DNA of 46,421 nt, counting the filler, from Jimgerdemannia flammicorona (lineage: Eukaryota), in the NCBI GenBank assembly GCA_003990765.1. It is 2 parts of 2 records of this genome, joined end to end, with 100 filler letters (N's around TTAATTAATTAA, not from the genome) between each part and the next. Parts side by side here need not be neighbours in the genome. Positions count along the whole stretch, not along the records: positions 1 to 23,161 come from RBNJ01001144.1; 1 more part is not named here. One strand, given 5' to 3'. A model generated the notes under the pieces. It saw nothing but the letters and a program-made list of their open reading frames with translations. It had not been told where the DNA came from and ran no database searches. Shown piece after piece: positions 9,431 through 20,397 of this stretch (positions are counted from its first letter, which is position 1; the number at the start of each line of letters is the position of its first letter). The translations under genes were made by a program, and so were the position numbers.

Positions 9431-12018
9431 ATGTCAACAGATCAGTCTTCAACAGTTCACAGTACTGATGATGCTTCAAGTCAAATATCCCTGATAGTTC
9501 CACACCTTCCATGCAATCCTTGCTCCAAAATCTGGCAACATTGTGCTAAGATAGGAGATAATGTTGTTTGTAATTATTGTAGGTAAAAAATTAAGACACA
9601 CCTATTGACACTTTTTGTTTTGACATACACATGATATTGTTTCATCCACCCCCATAAACTGTACCAGCCAGAAGTTCAAAATGCTTGGTGGTATGATTTC
9701 AAACATAAATTAATACATAAAAGACAAGCACTCTGACAAAATCAAAAAGAATATGGAGACAAATAAAATTGACATCCAAGCTGTGGTAGGTATGTTTATC
9801 CGATGGCCCAACCATTTCTGTACCAATAATGCCATTTAATCAAAAATATTTAGCCATACTCTTTAGCAGAATTTCGAAATCGGCTCATTTGCTGGATTGT
9901 GTGCACAGATCAGCCATTCACAACCATCAAGAGTGATCAATTATATAGCATCTTTGGCCTTCTCAAGCATGATTTATATTTGCCAAGTATTAATACTATG
10001 TATTTGCAAAGATGTCCTGGAGGCCTATAGGAAGAAGCACAACAATCTCTGCCAGATACTTCAGGTAAAATAAGGGCAGCATCATGACCTTTGCAAGCTA
10101 AATTATATAAAAGAGCTCACCAATTTAACCTCACATTCAATAAGTAGAATTCAGCAGACAAAATTTTATATACAATTGACACATGGATATCCCCCAATGT
10201 AATTTTATTTCTGGGCATTACCAGCCATTAGATTGATCTCAATTAGCAGCTTAAATCTCTCACCCTTGATTTCATCAAACTTGCTGACCCTTATTCTGGA
10301 GACAACATTGCAGGTACTTTAATTAATTATATCTGGGAGCTTGGGATCACAACCAAGGTAAAAAAGGGGGGCTTGTCATCAGGTTGGCATTTTGAGGGAG
10401 ATCCTAAAACAAATTAGATTTTATTGGTTATTTATTTTCACATAAATTTACTGACCAAATATTTCAAGTACAGATTTTGGCCATTATGATAGATAATGCC
10501 ACAAACAACTCAACATTTTTCAAAGTTTTAGTAGTCAGCCTCAAACAGGAAAACATGGCCTTTGGTGCAGAAAGCTATCATGTGTGATACCAGGCCCATG
10601 TACTGAACCTTGCTGTTCAGAACAATCTTATACATGTAGACAAAATATCTGAGAGAGGAGGGGCCCTGAGTATAATTTCCAAACTGCACAAACTGGTTGT
10701 GTCAGTCTGATTGTCTCCACAATGATGAGACAAATTCACTGTACAGTATAGGGCAATCAGTTTAGCCTCAAAAGAGCTTATATTGGACATCTGTACACAT
10801 TGGAACTCAATATTTGCAATGATCCAGTATGTGCTGGAGTTTGCTATAGTATGTGTCCTTTTTTTCTTCAGTTGGCTGAAGCAACTTATTTTGGATAATC
10901 AAAGATTTATTTAAAAAAAACAAAAAAAGCCAATAGATTCAACAGTGGCTACCAATAAGAAAATATGGGCCAAGACTCTAGATGAAAGTGAGTGGGATAT
11001 ACTTAGGAATGTTGTCAGAGTTTTGGAAGTAAGTGGTGATTGCTCTGGCTCTACACTCATTTTGTCAGCCTCCACACTTATTTTGTCTACCTCTGCATAA
11101 TGCAACACCTCACCACATATAACTGCCAGTGTTTTGACAATTATATGAAGGATATAGTTAAACAAATGACCCTGACAATAAGCTTGATAATACCAGTATA
11201 CAACCTTCTGATTGACTGACTAGAGGACAAGCTCGAGAACAGGCTGAAGAGTTGTGGTGATTTATGGTTGAGCTCAGATCAGAGCAACACTATGGAGGTT
11301 GCTCTTAGTAAGCTCAGAAAGTACTACTCCCAAACAGATACTGCTGTATACTCAATCAGTACAGATATGTCAATGTCGGCATATAGCTATTGCCCCTTCC
11401 AAAACAGAGAAACCCCTGCAAAAACTCACTCTCTTCTTTTCTTTGAATAGTGCTGGACCCACGCTTAAAGCTACAATATCATAAAGATCAGGACTGGGAG
11501 CAGTACTTCATTAAGAGAACTAAGTAGACTGTAATTGAAGTATACTGGAAAAACTACATACTGCTGCAAGGTTCTGGCCAAAGTCTAGATAAATATGCCG
11601 AGGGATCCCTCCTGTCTCACATTTACTTCAGCAGAAAGAGGAAGAGGGAGCCATCAGTAGAAGAGCTGCCATTAATAGATGAACTTACCATTTATCTTGC
11701 CAGTGACCATATGATCCTGCTGGAGGGTGTAGAGGTACTCAACTGGTAGAAGGTGAGTTATCAGGTGGGCATTGGGCCAATTTAACCCACCAATCTAACC
11801 ACTACTCTACCCACTGGAGTATGCAGCTGCATCAAACAGACTTCTCCAGCCTGTGTGGTATGGCTCGAGACTACCTGGTGTTTCCTGCCTCCAGTGCTCC
11901 CATTGAGTGGGTGTTCTCAGGTGGGGTGGACCTCATTGCCCCAAAGAGGTGTATGCTGAACACTGAGATAATCTGAGTATATATGTATCTGAAGTCTTGG
12001 TGGGGCTCAGGCCACTAA
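9431..12018 (+). pseudogene. Decayed intron-containing hAT transposase, copy 2
   Basis: ATG TCA ACA GAT start, SKIWQHCAK...CNYC, IDTW, DNATNN, CDxRPM/C..H.LNLAV region, LDPRLKLQY and GMARDYLVFPASSAPIEWVFSGG...KRCML...LKSW, with premature stops. Confidence 0.93.
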
Positions 12019-12177
12019 AATTCGGTGAATTCTGGGGGTTCACAGATAAGTTGATTGGTCTTGTGGAATATTTAATATTCTTTCAAAAATAATAAAAAGG
12101 TAAAAAACCCTGAGGACTTGGCCTGGAGTTTGCGACCCAAGTGGGCAGCAGTCAGCAGGGTTGGCAGTGGCAGCAGA

Positions 12178-12990
12178 GGGAGCATGCAATGTTTGTGGCC
12201 CTCTGCCAGCAGTAAGGGGCAGCCCCAAGCTGTCAGTGCCAGGATCAGTGGGCAGATTGATGGGTGGGTGTAGGGTTGGTAGAGGGAGTGTGCAAAATTT
12301 GCAGCCCTCCACCAGTAGCAAGGGGCAGTCCCAAGCTGCAAGTGTCCTGGTTGGGGGGGTTGGCGGAGGGGGGGTTGGTGGAAGAGGGGTTGGCAGAGAG
12401 AGCATGCAAAACTTACAGCCCTCCACCAGCAGTGAGAGGTAGCCCCAAGCTGTCAGTGCCTGGGTCAGTGGGTGGGGTTGGTCAGCAGAATTGGTAGGCG
12501 CAGGGTCAGCAGAGGGAGCATGCAAAATTTGTGGCCCTCCACCAGCAGCAAGGGACAGCCTCAAGCTGTAAGTGTCTGGGATAGGTGGGGCAGGCAGAGG
12601 GAGCATGCAAAATTTGCAGCCCTCTGCCAGCAGTGAGGGGCAGCCCCAAGTTGTCAGCACCTGGGTCAGTGGGCAGGGTCAATTGGCGGAGTTAGTGGAT
12701 ATGAAGTTGGTGAGGGAGCATACAAAATTTGTGACTCTCTGCCAGCAACAAGAGGCAGCCCCAAGCTGCAAGTGTCCAGGATGAGTGGGGCAGGTGGAAG
12801 GAGTATGCAAAATTAGCAGCCCTCTGCCAGCAGTATAGGGGCAGCCCCAAGCCACCAAGGAGTCTAGGGCAGAGGGTGCTTCTAGCAGTTGGAGGGTGCT
12901 TCTGGCAGTCGGAGAGTGCTTCTGGTGGTCAGAGAGTGCTTCTGGCAGTTGGAGGGCATTTCTAGCAGTCGAAGGGTATTTCTGGCAATT
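12178..12990. repeat. GC-rich 7-core array followed by six copies of a 20-nt tandem repeat (12871-12990)
   Basis: Same core as 4294-4955. The 20-mer (GGAGGGTGCTTCTGGCAGTC-like) occurs six times here and twice in copy 1 (4972-5011). Confidence 0.9.
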
Positions 12991-13260
12991 GAAGTCCACC
13001 ATAGATTTGGGCCCTGTTGCTGGTTTGGATCCCATGGGCACCCTGGCCCTGCACCACAGTGCCACACCAGTGGCACTATAGAGCAGGGTCAAGGGGCCAA
13101 TAGGGCTCTGCATAACAGCTAAGCTAGTACTACAGAAGAGGTGCCCAGTCTAACCCCCTATATAAGACTGCCTAACCCATACAAAATGACTGCTTAACCC
13201 TCATAAAAGACTGCCTATCTCTTGTGAAAGATTGCCTAACCCTCACAAAAACTGCTCCAC

Positions 13261-15686
13261 CTACCAGTCCCAGGCCTTGATGAGACTATCATCTGTTGTA
13301 AGTGCAACAACTGTTGTGTCTGAGCTCTCCTCGAAGGTAATGATGCTGTAGTGGTCATGTGGTTGGAAGAGAATGGCCATGTTGGCCACAAATAGGACCC
13401 CAAAACCATAGGTGAGGTCATACCAGACTCCTCCACTATCCTCTGAGGTTGGGCCCTTCCTTTCCAGGATATAAAACATTACTAAGGTAACATTGTTGTC
13501 TATGTGTGTGAGCAGAGAAATGTTGTGCCTGATGTATCCTGATGTGACATAAGCATATGGTTGGGTGAACCCTTAGACTAGGACCTCATACTGCCAGGCT
13601 GTGCTAGTGGATGCCTGCCCTTGGTCCAGCCCCAGGAGCCCTAGCTTGGAAATCTGCCAAAACAGATAGCAATCAGTCAGTCCTTTTGCATACAGGGGGA
13701 CAGAAAACCCCCAGGCCACAGAAACCCCCCAGGCTGCAGCACCCCAAAAAAGTAGAGCTCCTCATCTCATACAGTATGCTAAATTGCACCAAGAATGTAT
13801 GTACAGCTGTGCCAAGATCACTACTAAGCTGGCCTGCCATATGCTCTACCAATCTGCTCAAAGAACCCCAGATTATAGCTGCTATTGCCATATAGGTCAT
13901 GTCATACTTATGTGCAGTTTGCTCTTCAATGGCACTTCTAAAGTTCTAGTAGGGGTACAGAATCTTGTGCATTCCTGGAATTGTATCAAAAAGAGTATGT
14001 CGGTGAAGAGTGTGATTTATCTGGAGAGGAGAAAAAAAAAAAAGAGAGATGAGTGCAGGGGATTTTGGAACTCCGGAACCCACTCTTCACCAGTGTTGAA
14101 GTATATCCAATTCCCATCCAAACTCTCCCTTCTTGCTTTTTTCGCCTCCTCTTTCCTACCACTCAGTATTTGACATAATCCTCACAAATCTCATTGATAT
14201 AGCAGTAAGTGCTCCCAAACAAGTCAAATCAATTTGAATCGAATTGAATTGAGGGTGAAATAAGTCAAATCAAATTGGGGATTTTTCAATTCAAATCAAT
14301 TTGAATCGAATCAAAAGTTGAATCAAATTGAGGGTCTGATTCAAATCCTAATTTTCAAAATGTAATAACTCAGTATAAACTCATCCAAATCTAATGTACT
14401 TTAGCTTGTTAGAATTGCATTAATATGGTGAATCTAACAAGCTAAAATATGTTAAATTTGGATGAATCTTCGTTGAGTTATTACATTTTGAAAATTAAGG
14501 TTTGAATCAAACTTCGAATCAAATTGAGTTTGGGCCAAATTCAATTTGATTCAATTCATTGGGAGCACTAGTAGCAGTGAAGCTCATCACTGTAGAGGTT
14601 CCTTACCACCATCACAACCACCTCTCTATGTTCATTAATAAAGATATGGTTCTTTTCATCATTGGTTACTCCTACTGACCAATGGACCCCTTGGTTGAGA
14701 ATGATTGGCTCTGATTTAAATGTAGACCCCCAAGCCTTGATGATGATGCTGATACTACTCATGCTGAACTTCTTGCCCTTTAATTTCTCTATTTGATCAA
14801 ATGCCAGATATGGTTGAACTCAGGTAACTTTGAACTCTTCTTTCCAATGGAACTGAGCCCTGATCTGAGAGACCGAGATAAGTGTGTAGATGGGGTATAT
14901 GCAGACAGATTGCATGCAGATGGGTTACATGTGGGTGAGTTGTGTGCAGGCAGATTGCATGCAGGTGTGGGTGTTTTTTAGAGAGAGACTACATAAAAAA
15001 TGAAATTAAATAAAACACAGAGATGGGTATTTCAGAAAAAGAGTGTGAGTGAGTGAGTGAGTGAGCTGTATGCCAACAAGTTGCATGTCAACAAGTTGCA
15101 TGAGTTGCACAAAATTGCTTATGAAGACTTGCTTCTGTTCCTTTTGAGACCTCTGCCATGCAATATATTGACTCAATAGCTCAGCTACCAAAGGCATGCC
15201 CCACAACATTCTTCCACCATTCTTGATCTTGACCAGATGTTGCAAATAAAGTCAGCAGATCTTACCATAGAGCTGTGGATCCTAAGAAGAGTATGAGGTG
15301 AATTGGATCATGCTGGGGGAATTTAAATAAGTAAAAAGTAGTGGTAGAAAAGAGCAACCTACATCTACTATTGGCTGCTTCAAAAAGGCTGCCACATACT
15401 TAGCTGTGAGGTCTGTGAATTCCAAGATCTGAAGGGCTGCCATGAGTTGTTGCCAGAATTCACCCTCATCCCCACCATTGCCATTGCTATTGCTATTACC
15501 ACTGCTATTGCCCCTTTGGCTCTCGATGAGCAGCTTGTGTGCTGCCCATATGAGAAATAATCTAATATTGTCAGCAGAGAGTGTGTTTCCACCTTGAACA
15601 CTCCCTCTTTTGATGATCATTGCAGGGTGAAAAATGAGTAGACTAGACCAACATATGAATTAAGGGCTGCTGATTTGTTTGCTCAT
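13261..15686 (-). pseudogene. Putative TET/JBP-like 2OG-Fe(II) dioxygenase cargo gene, copy 2, disrupted by a MITE
   Basis: Last exon reads GYIRHNISLLT-HID(13506-13498)-NNVTLVMFYILERKGPTSEDSGGVWYDLTYGFGVLFVANMAILFQPHD-H(13353-13351)-YSIITFEESSDTTVVALTTDDSLIKAWDW. ORFs 13673..13900, 14568..14762 and 15282..15620 are upstream exon pieces. Confidence 0.62.
14207..14570. mobile_element. hAT MITE, copy 2 (364 bp)
   Basis: Homologous to 7875-8298. TSD ATAGCAGT (14199-14206) and GTAGCAGT (14571-14578). The empty site GTGGCAGT is present once at 6239-6246 in hAT copy 1. Confidence 0.94.
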
Positions 15687-16193
15687 GATGTGGCAGGAAA
15701 GAACAAAGAAAAAGAACAAAGAAAAGAGAGGGAACAAAGAAAAGGGTGATGTCACCAAAGTGTGGCAGAAAAAAAAAAACAAGAGCAAAATGAACAAAAG
15801 AAAGGGTGATGGCACCAAAGATTTTTATCTGAATGGATCAATCTGAATGGATCAATTCAGATGGATCAATCCAGTTGGATCAATCTGGATCAATCTGGAT
15901 GGATCATCCAGATAGATCAATCCAGATGGATCAATCTGGATCAATCTGGATTAATCCAGATCAGATCACAAGATCAATCTGAGTTAATTCAAATCCATCA
16001 TATGACAAATCTGAATTGAATCTCATCTAGATCAACTCCATTCATTTGGAGCACTAAGTGATTCTTTCAATATTCTGAGAAGTTAATCTGTTAAAAAAGA
16101 AAGAGATATTATAAAGATAAATACTAGAGAGAGCTATCTTGATAGTAATCTTTTCTTAAGTTAATAATTAAGATATCTGATAAGATACTAAGC

Positions 16194-18413
16194 TTTTTTT
16201 TTTTTTTTTTTTTATAGTCACTTGGACTTCTATTTATTACCACTCAGTCTATAAACAATAATATATAAGTACCCACAATCCTTCAGCCAATGCTCCTTGG
16301 ATCTCTCTCTTCACTCTTCCTCTTAATCTGCTAAAGAACAACTCAGTCACCTATCATCCAAACTCTTCCTCCACTCTTTCTGTAAATACAATTCATAAAA
16401 TTTCAACAGTCCCCCCCATCTGGTCCTCACCCTCTCCACAAACTATTCCCAATGTACTATCCTAGCCCCAACCTCAACCTGCTGGCCCTCCTCAAAGACA
16501 TAAAGTCAATAACTGACCATTCCTACTCAAATTGCCAGAACCCATCCCAAAGTCAGTCATTCATTCCTCATCCTGTCTACTAGCCTATATCAGAGGTCCC
16601 CCCATCTCCCTCCTTCTCCCCCCACCAGGGGCTGCAATCTCAGCCTACTTGAAATACTATATCAAAACTCTCCCAAAACCTCACACTCCCTTAGCCAATG
16701 TTTAGGCATTTGTATCACTCCCCCCTCCTGACCAACATCTATATATTTCTTATATGCAAATACACCATCTACTGCCAAATGCCCTGACCAATAGTTCAGC
16801 ATTACATTTCACCTTAGAAATCTCCACTACACCACCCAGTACTTAAAGAGAAGCCACCATATTGTCTGCTTGCTCTAAGGTCAAACACTATTCCAATTTT
16901 ACTCCTCCCTGATCTCCACCCTTTACTATGCTTCAGGCCACACATCTCCCCTGAGCCCCCACATACATTCTATTCCATTGCTAAGCTGAAAATTCTCCAC
17001 CAATATACCTCCCAGTAGTAGCCAGTTCCATCTCCACATCTGCGGTCCCCAACCCTCCTCTCCCTCATCACTCCTCCACTGGAGTCCAATTCTTCTTGCA
17101 CTATCTACCACCCCCTACCAAAAGTCTTTGTAATATATCCTCTTGCTCCTATCTATAGTCACCATTGCAAGTAGGTCACCCATCACTCCATGAGGAGAAT
17201 ACCAGACTTTCCACAACCTCTGCATAAATGGTACCCACTCCTGGCCCCTCAACTTGCTCACTCTCTTCAGCCACTATGCTTGCAGACAATAGAGGTACTT
17301 GGCAAAGTCCACCAAGCCCAGTCCACCTCTGTCAACAGGCAGAGTGAGAATGTCCCAGCCTATCTGACTTTGCCACTCAGTCCAAATCTAAGATCTTGCT
17401 ATCTTCAGAAGTTGTCTGACCAATGGCAGAAAGTCTAGATGATACCTCACATACCATAACTTTGGCAGCCAATATACATTCAACACCATCACCCTCTCTG
17501 CCAAGAATATATGCTGACCACTCCATCTTAATAGAATATTCCCTCATACAAGTAGCTACCTTTTTCACCATATATGGGGTAGGAGGGAACCATATACTGA
17601 GAAGTATATCTCTAAGTACTGGACAGGTTCTCCTACTGGGACCACTGTTCCAATCACATTACTGCCAACTATTCCATCACTTAGCACCAGAGTCTTATAC
17701 TTGTACCAGTTGAGTTAAGCACCTGAGCCCCTCTCATACCATTCCATCATCCTTCTTAATTCCTCCACATCTCTTAATAAACCCAGTCCAACCACTATGC
17801 CATCTGCAAAAGCCCCAACCTTCCAAAATATCCAAACCCCCAACTTGAAACTGAATCCTATCCAACAGAGGCTTCAAAGAAAGAGTATAAAGAATGGGTG
17901 ATAAAGGATCCCCTTGTGGTACCCCACAATCTAGTGGAAATGTCACACCTCTGTACCCATTCACCACTAGTGCTGCTTGACTATTCTTCAATAAACTGAT
18001 TAATGTCCTTCTGAACTCTGGGGAAATTCTTACATATTTCAATACTTCCTCCAGCCAGACCCTCCTCACTCTATTATATGCCTTCTCCTGATCTAGAAAC
18101 CAACCCCAGCTGCCCATGCTCCTTCAATCACCATATGGATCCAGACAGTTCCATTGCAGATTAACTAACTACCAATAAATCCCCTCTGCTCCTCTCCTAA
18201 TATCTGCTGAGTGATCCTCTATAGCCTAGTCATCAAGATCTTTGTCACCAGCTTATGGTCTATATCAAGAAGTATGATTGGTCACCAGTTCTTCCAATCT
18301 TCTCTTCTCCTCTTATCCTTATAAAGTAAGGAAACTAGCTCTAGTTGCTGACCTCCAATCCAAGTTCCAGATCAAAGTACCTCATTATACATCACTATCA
18401 ATTCTTTCAGAAC
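16194..18413 (-). mobile_element. 3' portion of an L1/Tx1-like LINE (RT, C-terminus, poly(A) tail)
   Basis: T20 at 16194-16213, with AATAAA about 20 nt upstream on the minus strand. ORF 17734..18117 gives FLDQEKAYNRV...GVPQGDPLSPILY. Homology to the other LINEs stops at about 18413. Confidence 0.92.
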
Positions 18414-19061
18414 CAATATTTGGGTGACATAAGACTCAGACAACACTTTTTACTATGTTTTTGGTGTCTGATGACTATTGACATAGATGGCAATGATCGA
18501 ACTGGTGAGCATACTGGCCAGGGGGGTGATGGCGCCTTTGGCTGGCAGTAGGTGGAGAGGAGAGAAGATGGTTTGGAGATGCTGGGGGCCTTGATGACTA
18601 GCCAAGGTCCTGGTGATGGAGAGAGGGGTGGTCTGAGGCAGAGAGGAGGGGAGAGATTGACCTTTGCTGACAAGGTCAGAATGGAGAAGATGGCCTCAGG
18701 TCTAGATGGTTAGCTGGACAAGGGGAAGGCATCAACAGCTGCTGCTGGGGGATATAGAGGTGTACCCAGGGGAGTTTTCAATAGTAGGAGAGGAGTGGGA
18801 GTAGGGGCTGGAGATGTGACTGTTAATGGGGCCATGACTGGAGATCTGGCAAAAAATCCAGATATGATGGCAGTTGATAATTCAGGATAGAGAGTAGGCA
18901 TGAGGCCCAGAGACCTAGCAGATGGAGTAATAGGCATGGTGTTGGCCCCATTACTCAAGAAGTCAAGGTCAGAATTTGCAGTCACAATGTGTTTCTGGGG
19001 CTTGGCAGTGATAGCAAGGATGATTTTGGGGCTAGTAGTGTAGGAGGCAAAGGGAGCAGCA

Positions 19062-20366
19062 TTGGTGAAGTTTTTGAAGGGGAAGAAAGGGGTCAAGATG
19101 GGGTTCGAGGAGGAAGATGCCTTGCTGGCAGCCTTGGAGAAGGGGGTGACAGTTGGTAGGATTGTAGTCCCTATAGCCAGGTACATGTGCTGGGACCCCC
19201 GAGTGGTGCAGTTGACAGTATTGGATCTCCCTATGATGTTGAAGAAGAGGACCAGGGAGTTGGTTGTAGAGGCGATCAGGGAGTATGGAGAGATTGTGGA
19301 TATTGGGTTCAAGGTCTGGGAGGGTACAGAGCTTCAGACTAGTGACATCGATATCAGGGTGAGACTGGCTGGGAGGGAGAGTACAGGAATGTCAAGGGAC
19401 TGGCCAGTGATGCTGAGGTGGGGACCAGTAGAGTATAAGGTCACAAGGGTGAAGGGGACCCAGGAGGAGGAGGAAGATCTGTTAGAGGCTCTGGAGAATC
19501 TGGAAGGGGTAGTTGTGAGGAGGAGATTGGCAAGGAAGGATGGGAAGAGGGTCCAGATGGAGAAGGGGGCCTGGGAGAAGATGCAGGGGAGGAAAATCCA
19601 GAAGGAGTTGCTGGCGAAGTTGGGTGGGGGTAGGGCTAGTGGAAGCTCAGGGGAGGGGGTTGTGGGATTGCAGGAGAGCACCTGGGCTGAGGGGAGTGTA
19701 AGGGTCTGGGGTGGGGCTCAGATTGGAGTGGAGGAGGAGAGAGAAGGCAATATGGAGGCAGATGTGGATATGAGCGAAGGTGTGCACCCCCAGTATAGTG
19801 TCCCAGGTGAAGCTGAGGGAGAGGAGGAGCTGCTGGATATGCCAGATGAGGAGTGGGATGAGTCAGTGAGGAGGAGTGCACTGGTGGACCCTGAGGTCGA
19901 TGGGGGACAAATCACTCAGGGTGTGGCAGAGGTGGTGGATGAGGAGAAGTGGATATGGAAGACCCTGAAAGGGGTAGCGGCTGAAGAGCTGGGGGATGAG
20001 GATTTCAGAGTGATGGAAGAGAGGCACTGGGAGGAGATCCTACAGGGAGAGGAGGTGCTGAGGAAGATGAGGAACAAGATCCTGGCTGTTCTTCTAGAGT
20101 CAGTTGAATATCAAGTTGATGATCAGAGAGAGGAGAAACTTAGGAGGATTGCAAGTGATAGGGCACTATACTTGTGGAACTTGAGGAAGGGACTGGAGAA
20201 GTGGCACACAGTCTGCTTAGACTACCAGTTGGAGATAGAGATAGTGGATGGGGTGGAATGTCAGGAAATCTTAGAGGCACTGGATGCTCAGGCTAATACA
20301 GAGAGTGACTTGGAAGCTGAATGGCACTTGGATCTGGCTGGGGATGAGATGAGCATGGAATACTAG
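19062..20366 (+). CDS. LINE ORF1 protein (longest open part; the true start is probably further upstream behind stops)
   Basis: 434-aa ORF ending 31 nt before ORF2. A homologous decayed frame lies at about 33250-31265 on the minus strand. Confidence 0.75.
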   Translation: MVKFLKGKKGVKMGFEEEDALLAALEKGVTVGRIVVPIARYMCWDPRVVQLTVLDLPMMLKKRTRELVVEAIREYGEIVDIGFKVWEGTELQTSDIDIRVRLAGRESTGMSRDWPVMLRWGPVEYKVTRVKGTQEEEEDLLEALENLEGVVVRRRLARKDGKRVQMEKGAWEKMQGRKIQKELLAKLGGGRASGSSGEGVVGLQESTWAEGSVRVWGGAQIGVEEEREGNMEADVDMSEGVHPQYSVPGEAEGEEELLDMPDEEWDESVRRSALVDPEVDGGQITQGVAEVVDEEKWIWKTLKGVAAEELGDEDFRVMEERHWEEILQGEEVLRKMRNKILAVLLESVEYQVDDQREEKLRRIASDRALYLWNLRKGLEKWHTVCLDYQLEIEIVDGVECQEILEALDAQANTESDLEAEWHLDLAGDEMSMEY

Positions 20367-20397
20367 GCTGGGGTCTCTATTGCAACATTCTTTCAAT

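Larger units (their letters stand above)
9004..16056 (+). mobile_element. hAT DNA transposon, copy 2 (contains a MITE; flanks lack a matching TSD)
   Basis: Collinear with 1165-7677 over its full length. TIRs TAGTGCTC (9004) and GAGCACTA (16056). Flanks are ATGTTGGA versus AGTGATTC. Confidence 0.95.

Noticed and set aside
16057..16193. AT-rich segment between hAT copy 2 and the LINE tail
   Set aside because: It has no recognisable motif or match elsewhere in the window, so I left it unassigned.
18710..19915. Ser/Pro/Thr-rich minus-strand ORFs (likewise plus-strand ORFs at 31479-33324)
   Set aside because: These are antisense shadows of the purine-rich LINE ORF1 and have no independent motifs.
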